Assembly: GCA_026707145.1 (NCBI GenBank) | Contig: JAPOXK010000011.1 | Span: forward strand, 35,908 to 99,907 | Direction: 5' to 3' | From: Chloroflexota bacterium | Lineage (GTDB): Bacteria > Chloroflexota > Dehalococcoidia > Bin125 | DNA length: 64,000 nt | Part shown: positions 42,513 through 52,313 of the stretch, piece by piece | Position numbering within the stretch: position 1 is the stretch's first letter | How the letters are laid out: every line of letters starts with the position of its first letter | Program-made: the position numbers and the translations under genes | Notes under the pieces: model-generated | Seen by the model: the letters and a program-made list of their open reading frames with translations, nothing else | What the model was told of the DNA's origin: nothing | Database searches by the model: none

Positions 42513-42806
42513 GTGCCGATGTCTGCGTCTCAGCTCATTGCAGAGGCCATGCAGCAGGTGGGATCACCAGAGAGTATCCGGCAGGACCTGGAAGAGTTCA
42601 GGGAAAGTGCGCTCGCCCTCTCCTCTGATCATCCCCGACTCATTGATGAGTATCGTGAGGAGTGGGTTGCCGTCCATAGGGGAGAGGTGGTCGCGCACGG
42701 GCGGACAATGGCTGCGGTACTCAAGCAGGTCGACGCTGCGGGACTGCCGCGCTCCAAGATCGTCGTGCGATTTATCACCGAGGACCCGCGTACTCTCATC
42801 CTGTGA
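42513..42806 (+). CDS. small protein, partner of retropepsin-like protease (DUF5678-like?)
   Basis: 97 aa. Overlaps the downstream gene by 4 nt (ATGA). Family assignment is from memory and tentative. Confidence 0.45.
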   Translation: MPMSASQLIAEAMQQVGSPESIRQDLEEFRESALALSSDHPRLIDEYREEWVAVHRGEVVAHGRTMAAVLKQVDAAGLPRSKIVVRFITEDPRTLIL

Positions 42807-43255
42807 CACTGCGGGGACGGTTCGGAAACACCACGGGGAGGCCGTATGTGGAGGGCCTCCTCAGCTTCCCACGGCCGAATTTGCTTGGGGTCGTGTCGTT
42901 TCTCGTTGACACGGGAGCGGATACGTCCATCATTGGTCCTCCCGATGCAGTTCGCATCGGCGTGCAAGAGGACCAACTGACAGAGAAAGCTGAATCCTTC
43001 GGCATTGGAGGAAAGATCTCCTGCTCTATCGAGCCCGCTGTCCTCATCTTCCGGGACGACAGCGGCGCGGCCCACTTCTACGCCCGCACGGTCCAGATCA
43101 TGCCGCTCAGAAGACGAGACATGGCGGCATTGCCTTCGCTGCTCGGCCGTGACGTGTTGGATCATTGGCGCGTGACCTATGATCCGCAGGTTTCACTGCT
43201 GGAGATCGATATTCACTCTGCGGATCGGACGTTAAAACCGCCGACGATCCTCTAG
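42803..43255 (+). CDS. retropepsin-like (clan AA) aspartic protease
   Basis: LVDTGADTSIIG matches the retroviral/ Ddi1-type D(T/S)G(A) active-site loop. 150 aa. Confidence 0.7.
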   Translation: MTLRGRFGNTTGRPYVEGLLSFPRPNLLGVVSFLVDTGADTSIIGPPDAVRIGVQEDQLTEKAESFGIGGKISCSIEPAVLIFRDDSGAAHFYARTVQIMPLRRRDMAALPSLLGRDVLDHWRVTYDPQVSLLEIDIHSADRTLKPPTIL

Positions 43256-43399
43256 TCGCATATTTTCCTTCCCTCCGTAACGGGAGAGCCTGTGGCTCTC
43301 TGTGCCACGCCGTGCTGGGGGACAGGAAGGGGATGAGGCATCCTCGCCCGCCGTTCATAAAGCCCGGCCGCGCCGCCGCCCGATCATCCTCCGGCGCGT

Positions 43400-43651
43400 T
43401 CATTCAATCGGATCGCCGTCCCGCTGCGCGGCGTAGACGTCCAGGAGCGCGATCGCGTCCTCCAGATCGTCCCACAGCGCATGCAGATCCGCCCGGGTCT
43501 CCGCGTGCGCCGGGCCGCCGAGGGAGCCGCCCACCAACCGGCCGAGCTGCGCGTCCAGGTGCAGGAGGAACGCCTGGCGGCTGCCGGGGTCGAGCGCGCG
43601 GATCGCGCCGGCGATGGCGATCGCGAAGTGGACCTGGGCGAGCGAACTCAT
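43400..43651 (-). CDS. hypothetical small protein
   Basis: Only a GC-rich ORF of 83 aa. Confidence 0.25.
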   Translation of the reverse strand: MSSLAQVHFAIAIAGAIRALDPGSRQAFLLHLDAQLGRLVGGSLGGPAHAETRADLHALWDDLEDAIALLDVYAAQRDGDPIE

Positions 43652-44142
43652 CGCAAACCATCCCGATACGGCAGCCGCGCAACAGTCTATGCGATGGATG
43701 CTATGCGATTGATGGCGCCCGCCGTCTCAGCAGGCTCGACATACGGGGATTACCGTTTACCCGGGCATGGCGCGACTGTGAATCGACCCTCTTGATTGGA
43801 GCTTATATGGATAAGTGCCCGCATCACTCAGGAGGCAAGAGTGGACAGCAATGGGCAGAAGTGGGACAGAAGTGGGCAGAATAGGTACAATTGTTCTGAT
43901 TTGGGTGCACTGGGTGCATACGCAGTGTGGCCTGGGTATGGCAGGAGAGAGGCGCAGGGATGGCCGACCCTAAACGGCTGCCGTCAAAGGACCTACGCAT
44001 CCCGACTACGCCAGAGAAGCTGGCCCAGGCCGCCGCGCGCGGCGGAGCGCCACGGCGCGAACCGAAGGAGTCCTAGCTTCCACAGGTGCGAGCGCGCTTC
44101 AGCGGCTCTTAAGTGAGCCGCTAGGAGGAAGGGAGCGGCTAA

Positions 44143-44334
44143 ATGCCCGTAAAGGACATACAGTTAGACGCGGCATCAAAGCGCGTCTTGGAAGCGGTGA
44201 ATCGTCAGACAGCACCGAGCGACCAAAAGCTTGTGGAGATGGCGAGGCGGTCCCTTGAAAATCGGGCAGCAGGGAGCCCTCGTATCTCGTTAGAGGAGCT
44301 ACGGCAGCGGTGCAACGATTCAAGCCCTGGGTAG
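44143..44334 (+). CDS. putative type II antitoxin
   Basis: 63 aa, immediately upstream of and overlapping a RelE/ParE-like gene. Its Shine-Dalgarno lies in the loop of a hairpin. Confidence 0.45.
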   Translation: MPVKDIQLDAASKRVLEAVNRQTAPSDQKLVEMARRSLENRAAGSPRISLEELRQRCNDSSPG

Positions 44335-44573
44335 ATGAGGATTTTGCCAACGACCTAGCCCTTGAGTCAGCCGACATCCGAGAGGTGGTTCAAGGCCTGA
44401 TTAATGAACTCGCGAATGCAGTCGAGCCTGATGGCGAAAACTGGAGGTGGATCGATCCACCTCCAGTTTGTCTTGGGGAGATCGGAGATGCACAGGGGCG
44501 TGTTCGCGTTTGGTATCAGGTTGACGAGCGGGAGAACACCGTTCACGTGATGGGGTACTCGGTAGAGCGCTAA
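44310..44573 (+). CDS. RelE/ParE-like toxin
   Basis: C-terminus LGEIGDAQGRVRVWYQVDERENTVHVMGYSVER resembles the RelE/ParE pattern L.G....R.R.GdyRiiY.vd.....v.vl.i.hR. Confidence 0.5.
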   Translation: MQRFKPWVDEDFANDLALESADIREVVQGLINELANAVEPDGENWRWIDPPPVCLGEIGDAQGRVRVWYQVDERENTVHVMGYSVER

Positions 44574-45613
44574 GCGATGAGATCGCTGTAGCGGAGCCGC
44601 CGTCCCTGCACCCTCGCGAGATTCCCGCCGACTGAGGCGCGGCCGCCGACGGGCAGGCATACGTATGCCGCCGCCCGTGCCGCGTCCAACGGCCCACTTG
44701 ATTGGGGGACGATCTACGATCGTGCCGAAACGCCGATGAGGAGCAGTCCCCAGCGGAATGGCATGCGTCCACGTTGTGGGTCCACGGAGCAGCCGGTAGC
44801 GTTCGGGGCTAGCGGGCGAGTAATCTGGGTGGCGGGCGTGGCGTACCATCCGCCGTCCATGAGCGCTTCGATGCCCTGGAGGAGCGCCTCGGCGCCATGA
44901 AGCGCGAGCTCTTGGCCGCGATCAAGCGGCAGGAAAAGACGGTTCCCGATGCCTCCATTCCGCGCAACCGTGAAGCCACTCCTCAGTGCTGGCGGCGCGT
45001 TCCTCTGGGCGCTCGCGCGATTCGCCGGCGTTGCGCTCTGGACGATCGGCGTCCGGGTTGGGCGCATGGCCGCTGCGGGCGTCCGCAAGGGCGGGAAAGC
45101 TCTGGGCCGGAAGCTGCGCGGAACGCCGCCGGATCAGACGAACGACACGCCCTAGGCGGCCAAGTCCCGGTAGCGGAGCCGCTTCCCCGCCCCTATCCCG
45201 CCCAGCCGCTGCGATCAAGGGGCCGCACGGCACAAATAGTGGATAAGCCGGGGAAAGCCGTGGGCAAATGGTGGACGGCGCCCCCGAATTCCCGCGCGGC
45301 CGCGGCCGCGCGGGCGAGAAGGTGAAGCGGCGGTAAAATGGGCGGAAAATGTCGCGGAGCGCGTTGTATCCCGCCGCGGATTCCCCATAGCATGGCTCGC
45401 AAACCGGGGCGGTTCGCCGCCCGATTTTCCCTATGGCCGCGCCCGTCTCGGGCGGGGACGGCCGCAGCCGCCGGGCTGATCGCCCGGACCAGCCCGGAAG
45501 AGGAGGAGCGCAAGAAGAGAAGCACCACACCAGAGCGCATGCCCCCCGGCATGCACGAACCAAAAGGGATTGAAAACCCTCTCACAAGGAGGAACGCATT
45601 GAGTAAAGCAATC

Positions 45614-47476
45614 ATGAAGAAAGGGATGGGCCTGCGGCTCGTCGCGCTGGCGGCGGTCGTCGCGGCCGTCGCCCTCGCCGGCGCCGTCTTCACGCAGGGC
45701 GCCGACGCGGCGGGCCCCGGGGACACCGTGAACGTGCCCGCGGCCGCCGACGGGAGCGTCGACGGGGCCACGGTCACCGAGTTCAACTCCGGTGCGAACG
45801 ACGGGATCGCCCACTTCGAGATCGACGAGTCGAGCACGGCCAGCGGCAGCTTCGCCTACAACGGCGGGCAGTCGATCAGCTGTCAGGACGGCGCCAAGTG
45901 TGACGCCGACGACACGGACAACGAGGTCGCGGTGAAGGTCAACGTCGACGATGACTCGCCCAACGGCTTCATCATCGTCAACGTCACCGACCTGAACGCC
46001 GCCACCGGCGGCGAGTCGCGCGAGCTGATCAGCGTCAACACGGACGATCGGGTAGTGGCGATCGACGCCACGACCCCGACGCCGAACCCGGCGATCTCCG
46101 CCACCGGCGCCGACACCGTGACCATCACCGCCAAGCTGACCAACCCCTCGGAGGGCGGCGTCAACGGCAAGCCCGTGGTCATCTTCACGACCCTGGGCCT
46201 CCTTGACGACTGTGGCGGCAACGCGGACGACGCGGGCGCGGACGGCGTCCAGGCCTGCTCGGAGACCAGCCACACGAACGATGTCGACAGCAATGCCGAC
46301 ACCGATAACGACGGCTACGTGCAGGTCGAGCTGGAAGCCACCTCCCGCGCGGGCGTGGCCACGGTCACCTTCACTGCGGGCGACCTGAGCGACTCCGTGA
46401 CCGTGGTCTTCTACGGTGCCGCCGACGCCATCGCCGCGGAGGCGATGCAGTCCTCGATCTCCAACGTCAACGACGAGACCTTCATCGTCGTGACGGTCAC
46501 CGACAGCGGCGGCAACCCGGTCGATGACCACACGATCGCGGCGCGCTCGCAAGGCGCGGACGGCGGCGACGCGGACGGCGACGGCGTCGTCGGACCGGGC
46601 GCCAAGGCCGTGGAAGTCATGGCGGACTACAACAAGGACTTCGTCCACCCGACGGACTCCAAGAAGAACATCCCCGCCTGTGGTGACGAGCTCGACGACT
46701 CCGCAACCACGGACGTGGACGAAGGTGCCCGCTTCGACGGCGGCACCGGCGCCGCCGGGAAGTGCGTCATTCATGTGTCGTCGACCTTCACGGACGACGA
46801 CAACCCGGCCAACGACACCAGCCGCGGTACGAACACCGTGCACATCGCGGGTCCTGGCGCCACTGCCACCGACACGTCCAAGGACGCAGCGGTGGCGATC
46901 CAGGTCGGCGGCGCGCCGGCCGCGATCTCCAGCGACGCTCCGGCGAACGTGGATCCGCTGAGCGCGACTGAGGTCACGGTGAGCGTGGTCGACGACGAAG
47001 GCGTCCCCGTGGGCGAAGTCGTCACCTCGGTCAACCAGATCGAGGGTTCCGGCCGGGTCATCGCCGGTGACGGTGCCGGCATGACCAGCGACGGCGCGGT
47101 GAAGTTCACCTACCTGGCGCCGCAGACGCCGGGCACGGCCGTCTTCCGCGTGACCGCGGGCGAGGGCGCAGGCCAGATCGCGTCCAGCATCGTGGTCACC
47201 ATCGGCGAGATGGCTGCTGAGGAGCCGCCGGCTCCGACCGAGAGCGCCGTCTCACTGGACCTCAGTGCGGGCGGGAACTACTACTCCGTCCCGGCCAACA
47301 GCGTGCCCACGACCGCGAGTGCCCTCTTCGACGGCACGAGCGTCTCGGTTGCCTGGAAGTGGGAGAACGGCTCCTGGACGAGCTACATCCCGGCGATCGG
47401 CAGCACCGACTTCCTCGTCACCTCTGGCGACATCCTCTGGATCGTCGCCGGCAGCGCCGAGACCGTCGGCGGCTAG
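45614..47476 (+). CDS. secreted Ig-like (Big) domain surface protein with C-terminal GWNLV-type module
   Basis: Signal peptide (MKKGMGLRLVALAAVVAAVALAGA), acidic repetitive Ig-like segments (VTVT, DSGGNPV) and a terminal module ending ETVGG. AGGAGG upstream. Alternative TTG start at 45599. Confidence 0.75.
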   Translation: MKKGMGLRLVALAAVVAAVALAGAVFTQGADAAGPGDTVNVPAAADGSVDGATVTEFNSGANDGIAHFEIDESSTASGSFAYNGGQSISCQDGAKCDADDTDNEVAVKVNVDDDSPNGFIIVNVTDLNAATGGESRELISVNTDDRVVAIDATTPTPNPAISATGADTVTITAKLTNPSEGGVNGKPVVIFTTLGLLDDCGGNADDAGADGVQACSETSHTNDVDSNADTDNDGYVQVELEATSRAGVATVTFTAGDLSDSVTVVFYGAADAIAAEAMQSSISNVNDETFIVVTVTDSGGNPVDDHTIAARSQGADGGDADGDGVVGPGAKAVEVMADYNKDFVHPTDSKKNIPACGDELDDSATTDVDEGARFDGGTGAAGKCVIHVSSTFTDDDNPANDTSRGTNTVHIAGPGATATDTSKDAAVAIQVGGAPAAISSDAPANVDPLSATEVTVSVVDDEGVPVGEVVTSVNQIEGSGRVIAGDGAGMTSDGAVKFTYLAPQTPGTAVFRVTAGEGAGQIASSIVVTIGEMAAEEPPAPTESAVSLDLSAGGNYYSVPANSVPTTASALFDGTSVSVAWKWENGSWTSYIPAIGSTDFLVTSGDILWIVAGSAETVGG

Positions 47477-47576
47477 GAACGAGCATTCACGGAGGGGCCG
47501 TCCCCGCGGCGGCCCCCTCCGTGGGCTTCGTGAGGAAAGCCAACCAATAGAGCGATAGGAAAGGAAAGCCATACTC

Positions 47577-48158
47577 ATGGCGAGTATTCGTAAGGGGTGG
47601 CGCATGGCGGTGGTCGCGAGCGCGGCCGCCCTCGCCCTGGCGCTTGTCACGAGCGCCTTCGCGCAGGCGCCGCCCGCTCCCGACCATGCGTTCTACGGCA
47701 GCGCCGCCGACGGCTCCGGTGCCACCATCGACGGGGAACCCGCTCCAGACGGGACCGTCGTGACGGCCACGAACCAGGACGGCCAAGCCGTGGGATCGGA
47801 CACCGTCAGTGGCGGCATCTGGATGATCAACGTCGGCAGTGACAACGCCAGCGTCACCTTTGCCGTCAACGGCATCGCCGCCGAAGGATCGCACGGCGTG
47901 ACAAGCGGCAGCGTCAGCGAGGTCACCCTGGCGGTGACCACGGCCGCGGACGAGCCGGACGAGCCGGTCGAGCCGGTCGAACCACCGGTCGAGCCGGTCC
48001 AGCCGGAGACGCCGACCGGGCTGCCCAACACGGGCAGCGGCGGCCTGGCGGACACCAGCGGCGGCTTCCCGCTGCTGCCGGTGGCCCTGGTCATCTCGGC
48101 CCTGGTCGCGCTGGGCGGCGTGGCGGTCACCCGCCGCGCTGGCATCGGCGCGCGCTAG
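47577..48158 (+). CDS. LPXTG-anchored small surface protein
   Basis: Signal peptide and a PEPVEPVEP linker. The sorting signal is LPNTG, a hydrophobic segment FPLLPVALVISALVALGGVAV and a positive tail TRRAGIGAR. Confidence 0.75.
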   Translation: MASIRKGWRMAVVASAAALALALVTSAFAQAPPAPDHAFYGSAADGSGATIDGEPAPDGTVVTATNQDGQAVGSDTVSGGIWMINVGSDNASVTFAVNGIAAEGSHGVTSGSVSEVTLAVTTAADEPDEPVEPVEPPVEPVQPETPTGLPNTGSGGLADTSGGFPLLPVALVISALVALGGVAVTRRAGIGAR

Positions 48159-48445
48159 ACGCGTGAGAAGAACGCCGGACGGTCCCCCACGGGGGATCGC
48201 CCGACAACGGGATTGAAGGGCGGAGCGGCCTGGCCCAGGCGAGGCCGCTCCGCCTTTTCTCCCCAGCCCTTGGGGGCCGCGCCGGCGGCCCTGGGGGAAA
48301 CGCTCCCTGGAGGGGGCTCCCGCCGGTGATCTGGGGTCGCGCGGTGCGCTCGTCCACGGAAGGATGAAGCGCCGGCCGCGGCTTCAGCGCCCCGACGGGA
48401 GATCACTCCAACCCCGGACGGCAGGGGGATAGGAAGCCGGGAGCC

Positions 48446-50149
48446 ATGCAGATGCGCCCAGCACCGGACCCCAGCACGCGTTTCCGCGGCGCGCCCCTGG
48501 GCGGGCGCGCGCGGCGCCCCCGCCTCTTTCTGCTCCTGTTGCTGACGGCGCTGGCGGCCGGGCTGCTCCTGGCGCTGCTGCCCGCCGCCACGCAGGCGGC
48601 GCCGGCCTCGGTGCGCTCCCTCAGCGCCTCCCCGACCAAGGTCGCGGCGGCCGGCGGCCAAACCACCATCCACGTGACCGTCGCCTGGAACGCGGCCACG
48701 GAGAGCGGCCTGCGGGTGGCGCTGGCGAGCACCCTGGGCGCCTTCGGCAGCGCCGGCGGCCCCAGCCGCGTCAGCGTGGCGCTGAGCGACCAGGGGGACG
48801 GCACGGCCCTCGCCACGGCCACGCTGGTGGGCGACGGGCGGCTGGGCAACGCCGCCGTCACGGCCCGCGTGGGCGCCAGCGTGCGCTCGGCCACGGTCAC
48901 CTTCGTGGGCGCGCCGGCCACGGTCGTCTTCGAGACGCCCAGCGCCGACGCCGTCCTGGACGCGGCCACGCCGTCGCGCCTGATCGTGCAGGTGCGCGAC
49001 AGCGTCGGCGTCGAGGTGTCCGGCGCCTCCGTCACCTTCACCACCGACGCCGGCCAGCTCCTGGCCAGCTCCACGCCGCCCGCCGCCGACGCGGCCGCCT
49101 CCGCGGTCTACACGATTCGCAGCGACAGCCGGGGCAAGGCCTCGGCCTTCCTCCACGGCGATCCCGGCCCCGTGCGCGTGCGCGCCGCCGCCGGCGCCGC
49201 CACGGCCAGCCTTTCGCTGACGCTGCACGGCCCCCCGGCCCAGCTGGAGCTGACGGCGCTGACGCGGCGGGTCAACCTGGGCGATACGCCCTTCGCCGCG
49301 CCGGCGGGCACGCTGGTGGCCTCGCTCTTCGACGAGGGCGGGCGGCCCGTGCCGCGCGTCAGCGTGCGCTTCAGCAGCGACGTCGATGGCGTCACCGTCG
49401 TGCAGAGCGGCGAGGGCGAGTCCGGCGTCACGGGCGCCAGCGGGCGCGCCGCGGCCCACGTCTCGGCGGCGGACGCGGCGGCAGCCGGCGCCGTGACGAT
49501 CGCGGCCTGGGCGGACGAGCTCTCGGCCAGCACCACGATCCAGATCGTGGGGCCGGCCACCGATCTGCGGCTGGCGATCACGGCCGATGACGAGGCCGGG
49601 GCCTACCGCGTGGTGGCGCTGGTCAGCGACGCCGGCGGCCGGGCCGTGCCCAGCGGCTACCGGGTGCGCTTCAGCGCCGTCGGCGCGACGCCCGATGCCG
49701 AGGCCACATTCGATCCGGTCACGGCCGAGACGGTGAACGGCCTCGCCTTCACGCGCTTCACCCTGGAGGGCGACTCCCTCGACGGGGTGCGGGTGCGGGC
49801 CCAGGTCTCCGATATCGAGATGGACGTGCGCGACAGCGCTCCCCTGCCCGCGACGGACGCGGCCAGCATCGCGCTGGCGGCCGGGCTGAACCTGATCACC
49901 TGGCCGGGCCCGTCGCTGACGGCGTCGGCGGCGGTGGCGGCGATCGCGGAGCAGGTGACGGCGCTGTGGCGCTACGACGAAGCCGACGGCTGGCAGGGCT
50001 ACTTCCCCGGCACCGATCTGGGAACCGACTTCGAGCTCGCCGCGGGCGACTCGCTGGCGGTCACCGCCAGCGCCGACGTCGTCTGGACGGTCCCCGAGGA
50101 GGAGGAGGACGAAGAGGACGAGGACGGAGAGGGCGGGGACGCGGGCTAG
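48446..50149 (+). CDS. secreted Ig-like repeat protein with divergent C-terminal module and poly-acidic tail
   Basis: Signal peptide, repeated ~95-aa Ig-like segments (VTFTTDAGQL, VRFSSDVDGV) and the module variant LAAGLNLITWPG...WRYDEADGWQGYFP...GDSLAV. Ends EEEEDEEDEDGEGGDAG. Confidence 0.7.
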   Translation: MQMRPAPDPSTRFRGAPLGGRARRPRLFLLLLLTALAAGLLLALLPAATQAAPASVRSLSASPTKVAAAGGQTTIHVTVAWNAATESGLRVALASTLGAFGSAGGPSRVSVALSDQGDGTALATATLVGDGRLGNAAVTARVGASVRSATVTFVGAPATVVFETPSADAVLDAATPSRLIVQVRDSVGVEVSGASVTFTTDAGQLLASSTPPAADAAASAVYTIRSDSRGKASAFLHGDPGPVRVRAAAGAATASLSLTLHGPPAQLELTALTRRVNLGDTPFAAPAGTLVASLFDEGGRPVPRVSVRFSSDVDGVTVVQSGEGESGVTGASGRAAAHVSAADAAAAGAVTIAAWADELSASTTIQIVGPATDLRLAITADDEAGAYRVVALVSDAGGRAVPSGYRVRFSAVGATPDAEATFDPVTAETVNGLAFTRFTLEGDSLDGVRVRAQVSDIEMDVRDSAPLPATDAASIALAAGLNLITWPGPSLTASAAVAAIAEQVTALWRYDEADGWQGYFPGTDLGTDFELAAGDSLAVTASADVVWTVPEEEEDEEDEDGEGGDAG

Positions 50150-50199
50150 GAGCGGGGCGGGTGGAGCCGTAGCTGTCCAGCCCCCGCGCCGCGACTGTC

Positions 50200-50985
50200 T
50201 TGGACATGGAGCCCTATCGGGTCTATATCGACGAGTCGGGCGACCATAGCTATAAGGCGACCACGCACCCGAGCAAGCGGTTCCTGGGGTTGATGGGGTT
50301 CGTTGTCGAGTCCCGCTACTACATCGATACCGTCTCCGCTCGTCTTGAAGCGCTGAAGCGAGCACACTTTCGCTTCGAACCCGATGACCCGGTCATCCTG
50401 ACGCGTAAGCGGATCATCGATAAGAAAGGGCCGTTCGGCGTGCTGGCCAACCCGGTAGCGAACGCCGCCTGGGAGGACGCCGTCATCGAGTTTTTCGCCG
50501 CGGGCGACAGATCCAAGATCGGGTACTTCACCGTCGTAATGGATAAGGAGCGCCATAAGCAGCGCTACCCGGCTGCCCGCTGGGACCCGTATGGTTACGC
50601 GGCGGCGGTGCTGCTGAACCGGATCAGAGGGCTGTTGTATTTCCGCAGGGGCAAAGCCACCGCTTCGGTGATTGCCGAGGCGCGTGGAAAAAGCGAGGAC
50701 GCACAATTGCAGGCCGCGTACGTTGAGATGCGTACCGACGGATCCGGCGACCGCCCTGCGGCGGAATACCGCGCGACTTACCCCGAGGCTGAGATTCGGT
50801 TCCGGAGGAAGGCCGAGAACATTCCCGGCTTGCAGATCGCCGACCTCTTGGCTGCAGCCCAAAAGGAAAAGGTAATCGTCGACAACCAGCTGCCACTCGC
50901 GAGACCGAGTAGCATGTTTACACAGCGCCTGAACGAAGCCGTGCGTCCGTTCGTGAACCGATACGGGCAGTACCTGTTGGAGTAG
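50200..50985 (+). CDS. DUF3800 family protein
   Basis: N-terminal YRVYIDESGDHSY matches the DUF3800 hallmark (Y.DESG). 261 aa. Lower-GC flanks. Confidence 0.65.
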   Translation: MDMEPYRVYIDESGDHSYKATTHPSKRFLGLMGFVVESRYYIDTVSARLEALKRAHFRFEPDDPVILTRKRIIDKKGPFGVLANPVANAAWEDAVIEFFAAGDRSKIGYFTVVMDKERHKQRYPAARWDPYGYAAAVLLNRIRGLLYFRRGKATASVIAEARGKSEDAQLQAAYVEMRTDGSGDRPAAEYRATYPEAEIRFRRKAENIPGLQIADLLAAAQKEKVIVDNQLPLARPSSMFTQRLNEAVRPFVNRYGQYLLE

Positions 50986-51230
50986 TGGTGAGATGATGCG
51001 GCAGGGATAATACAGGAGAGATAAATGCAGAGAGCGGGCCGAAACCCGCTCCTCGCACGCTGGCCCTTACGGGCCATCCTTAATGCATATTAGAACATGT
51101 GTGCCTGTGAAAATCAATATGCGCTAGGCAAGGCCGCGGAACGTTTCCCATCACCGAGCGGTCGGCCTCGACGGATCGGATGGCATGACGAAGGCGTGAC
51201 GGTAAGGCGGACACGAGAAAGAAGAGCGCC

Positions 51231-51464
51231 ATGACGGTGGGCAGGCTCTATCCGACGGAGGCCCTGCAAGAGCGGTGGGAGCGAGAAGGGAACGACCGAG
51301 ATTTCGTTTTCTTCGACATGCACTCCGGTGACTACGAGATCAACGCGGACTACACGACCGCGAAGGCCAACCTGCTGGCGCGCCGTCCCAATGCCGCCAT
51401 CTACATCCAGGATATCGGCGGCCACAAGGTAATCAGGAACGTTTCGTTCCGACCTGTTCGGTGA
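51231..51464 (+). CDS. hypothetical small protein
   Basis: Only a 77-aa ORF with a plausible Shine-Dalgarno. Lower-GC context. Confidence 0.3.
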   Translation: MTVGRLYPTEALQERWEREGNDRDFVFFDMHSGDYEINADYTTAKANLLARRPNAAIYIQDIGGHKVIRNVSFRPVR

Positions 51465-51533
51465 TCTCCGGGAAGGTCATTCGAGGTCCCTACGGATTCG
51501 ATCCGCATATCGCCGTTCAGACGCCGCGCGCCC

Positions 51534-51806
51534 CTAGTGTTGCGCCGCCGGCTTGCGCAGGTCGCAGACGTGATCGGCTAGCTCGGTCCTGGTGCGGCAG
51601 AACCTGCAGACCGCCACCCAGCCGCAGCGGCTCTCCCGCAGGTGCATCCAGATCCAGAAGGCGGGCGTCCGGGAGGAGCTCTCTCCCTTGGCGAAGTGGC
51701 AGATCCCGCAGAGGGAGGCACCCGTGAGGGCGGGCCCGTAGCTCTCGGGCTGCTGGATGACGGGCGTCTCGATCGGCTGCTCCGTTGGCGGGTCCAAGGC
51801 CGTCAT
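51534..51806 (-). CDS. Cys-rich small protein (zinc-ribbon-like)
   Basis: 90 aa with CGIC...C...CRFC...C. A GGAGG Shine-Dalgarno sits 9 nt upstream of the ATG. Confidence 0.4.
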   Translation of the reverse strand: MTALDPPTEQPIETPVIQQPESYGPALTGASLCGICHFAKGESSSRTPAFWIWMHLRESRCGWVAVCRFCRTRTELADHVCDLRKPAAQH

Positions 51807-51959
51807 CGCTTGCCTCCGCGCTCGTCCTCTCCCCCACGCCGGGACGTGCACTCTAGCGCTTGGAGGCCTCCCTTGCCGCCGGCCCGGCCCCTCCCGTTCC
51901 GTTCCCTGCCGACCGCCATTGTTATGTTGCCGTTCTGCTAGCATTGGCGGGCGGTCCGC

Positions 51960-52301
51960 ATGGCGAATCGGAGGGGACGGATGGATCAGCGGGGCGAGGT
52001 CGGCGCGACGGTTCTCTTCACCGTGACCGTCACCTGCGTCTCCGCCGGCGACGGCTGGTTCTGCATGGGCAGGGAGACCGGCGTCGTGTCGCGGGGCGCC
52101 ACGGAGGACGAGGCCGTGGACCGCAACGCCGCCATGCATCAGGCTCTGGTACGGCGGCTCAAGCGGGACGGCGCCATCGCCCTGCTCGGCTTCATGAGCG
52201 AGCGCGGCATCGACTTCACGCTCGACGAGGAGCCGGACGCCCAGTCCGTGTTCACGCTCTCGCGCAAGGGCACGCGGCGCGTGATCGAAGCGGCCGCCTA
52301 G
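51960..52301 (+). CDS. HicB-like antitoxin (UPF0150 fold)
   Basis: AGDGWFCMGRETGVVSRGATEDEAVDRNAAMHQAL parallels the HicB pattern DGGYWAECPDLPGC.S.GDT.EEAL.N..EAI. Confidence 0.5.
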   Translation: MANRRGRMDQRGEVGATVLFTVTVTCVSAGDGWFCMGRETGVVSRGATEDEAVDRNAAMHQALVRRLKRDGAIALLGFMSERGIDFTLDEEPDAQSVFTLSRKGTRRVIEAAA

Positions 52302-52313
52302 GCGGGAGATCGC

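Noticed and set aside
44897-45325. ORFs 44897..45325 and 44949..45155 (the latter with one hydrophobic segment) as small-protein genes
   Set aside because: No convincing RBS and Arg-rich junk-like translation downstream. Possibly a decayed gene remnant in the acquired stretch, so not called.
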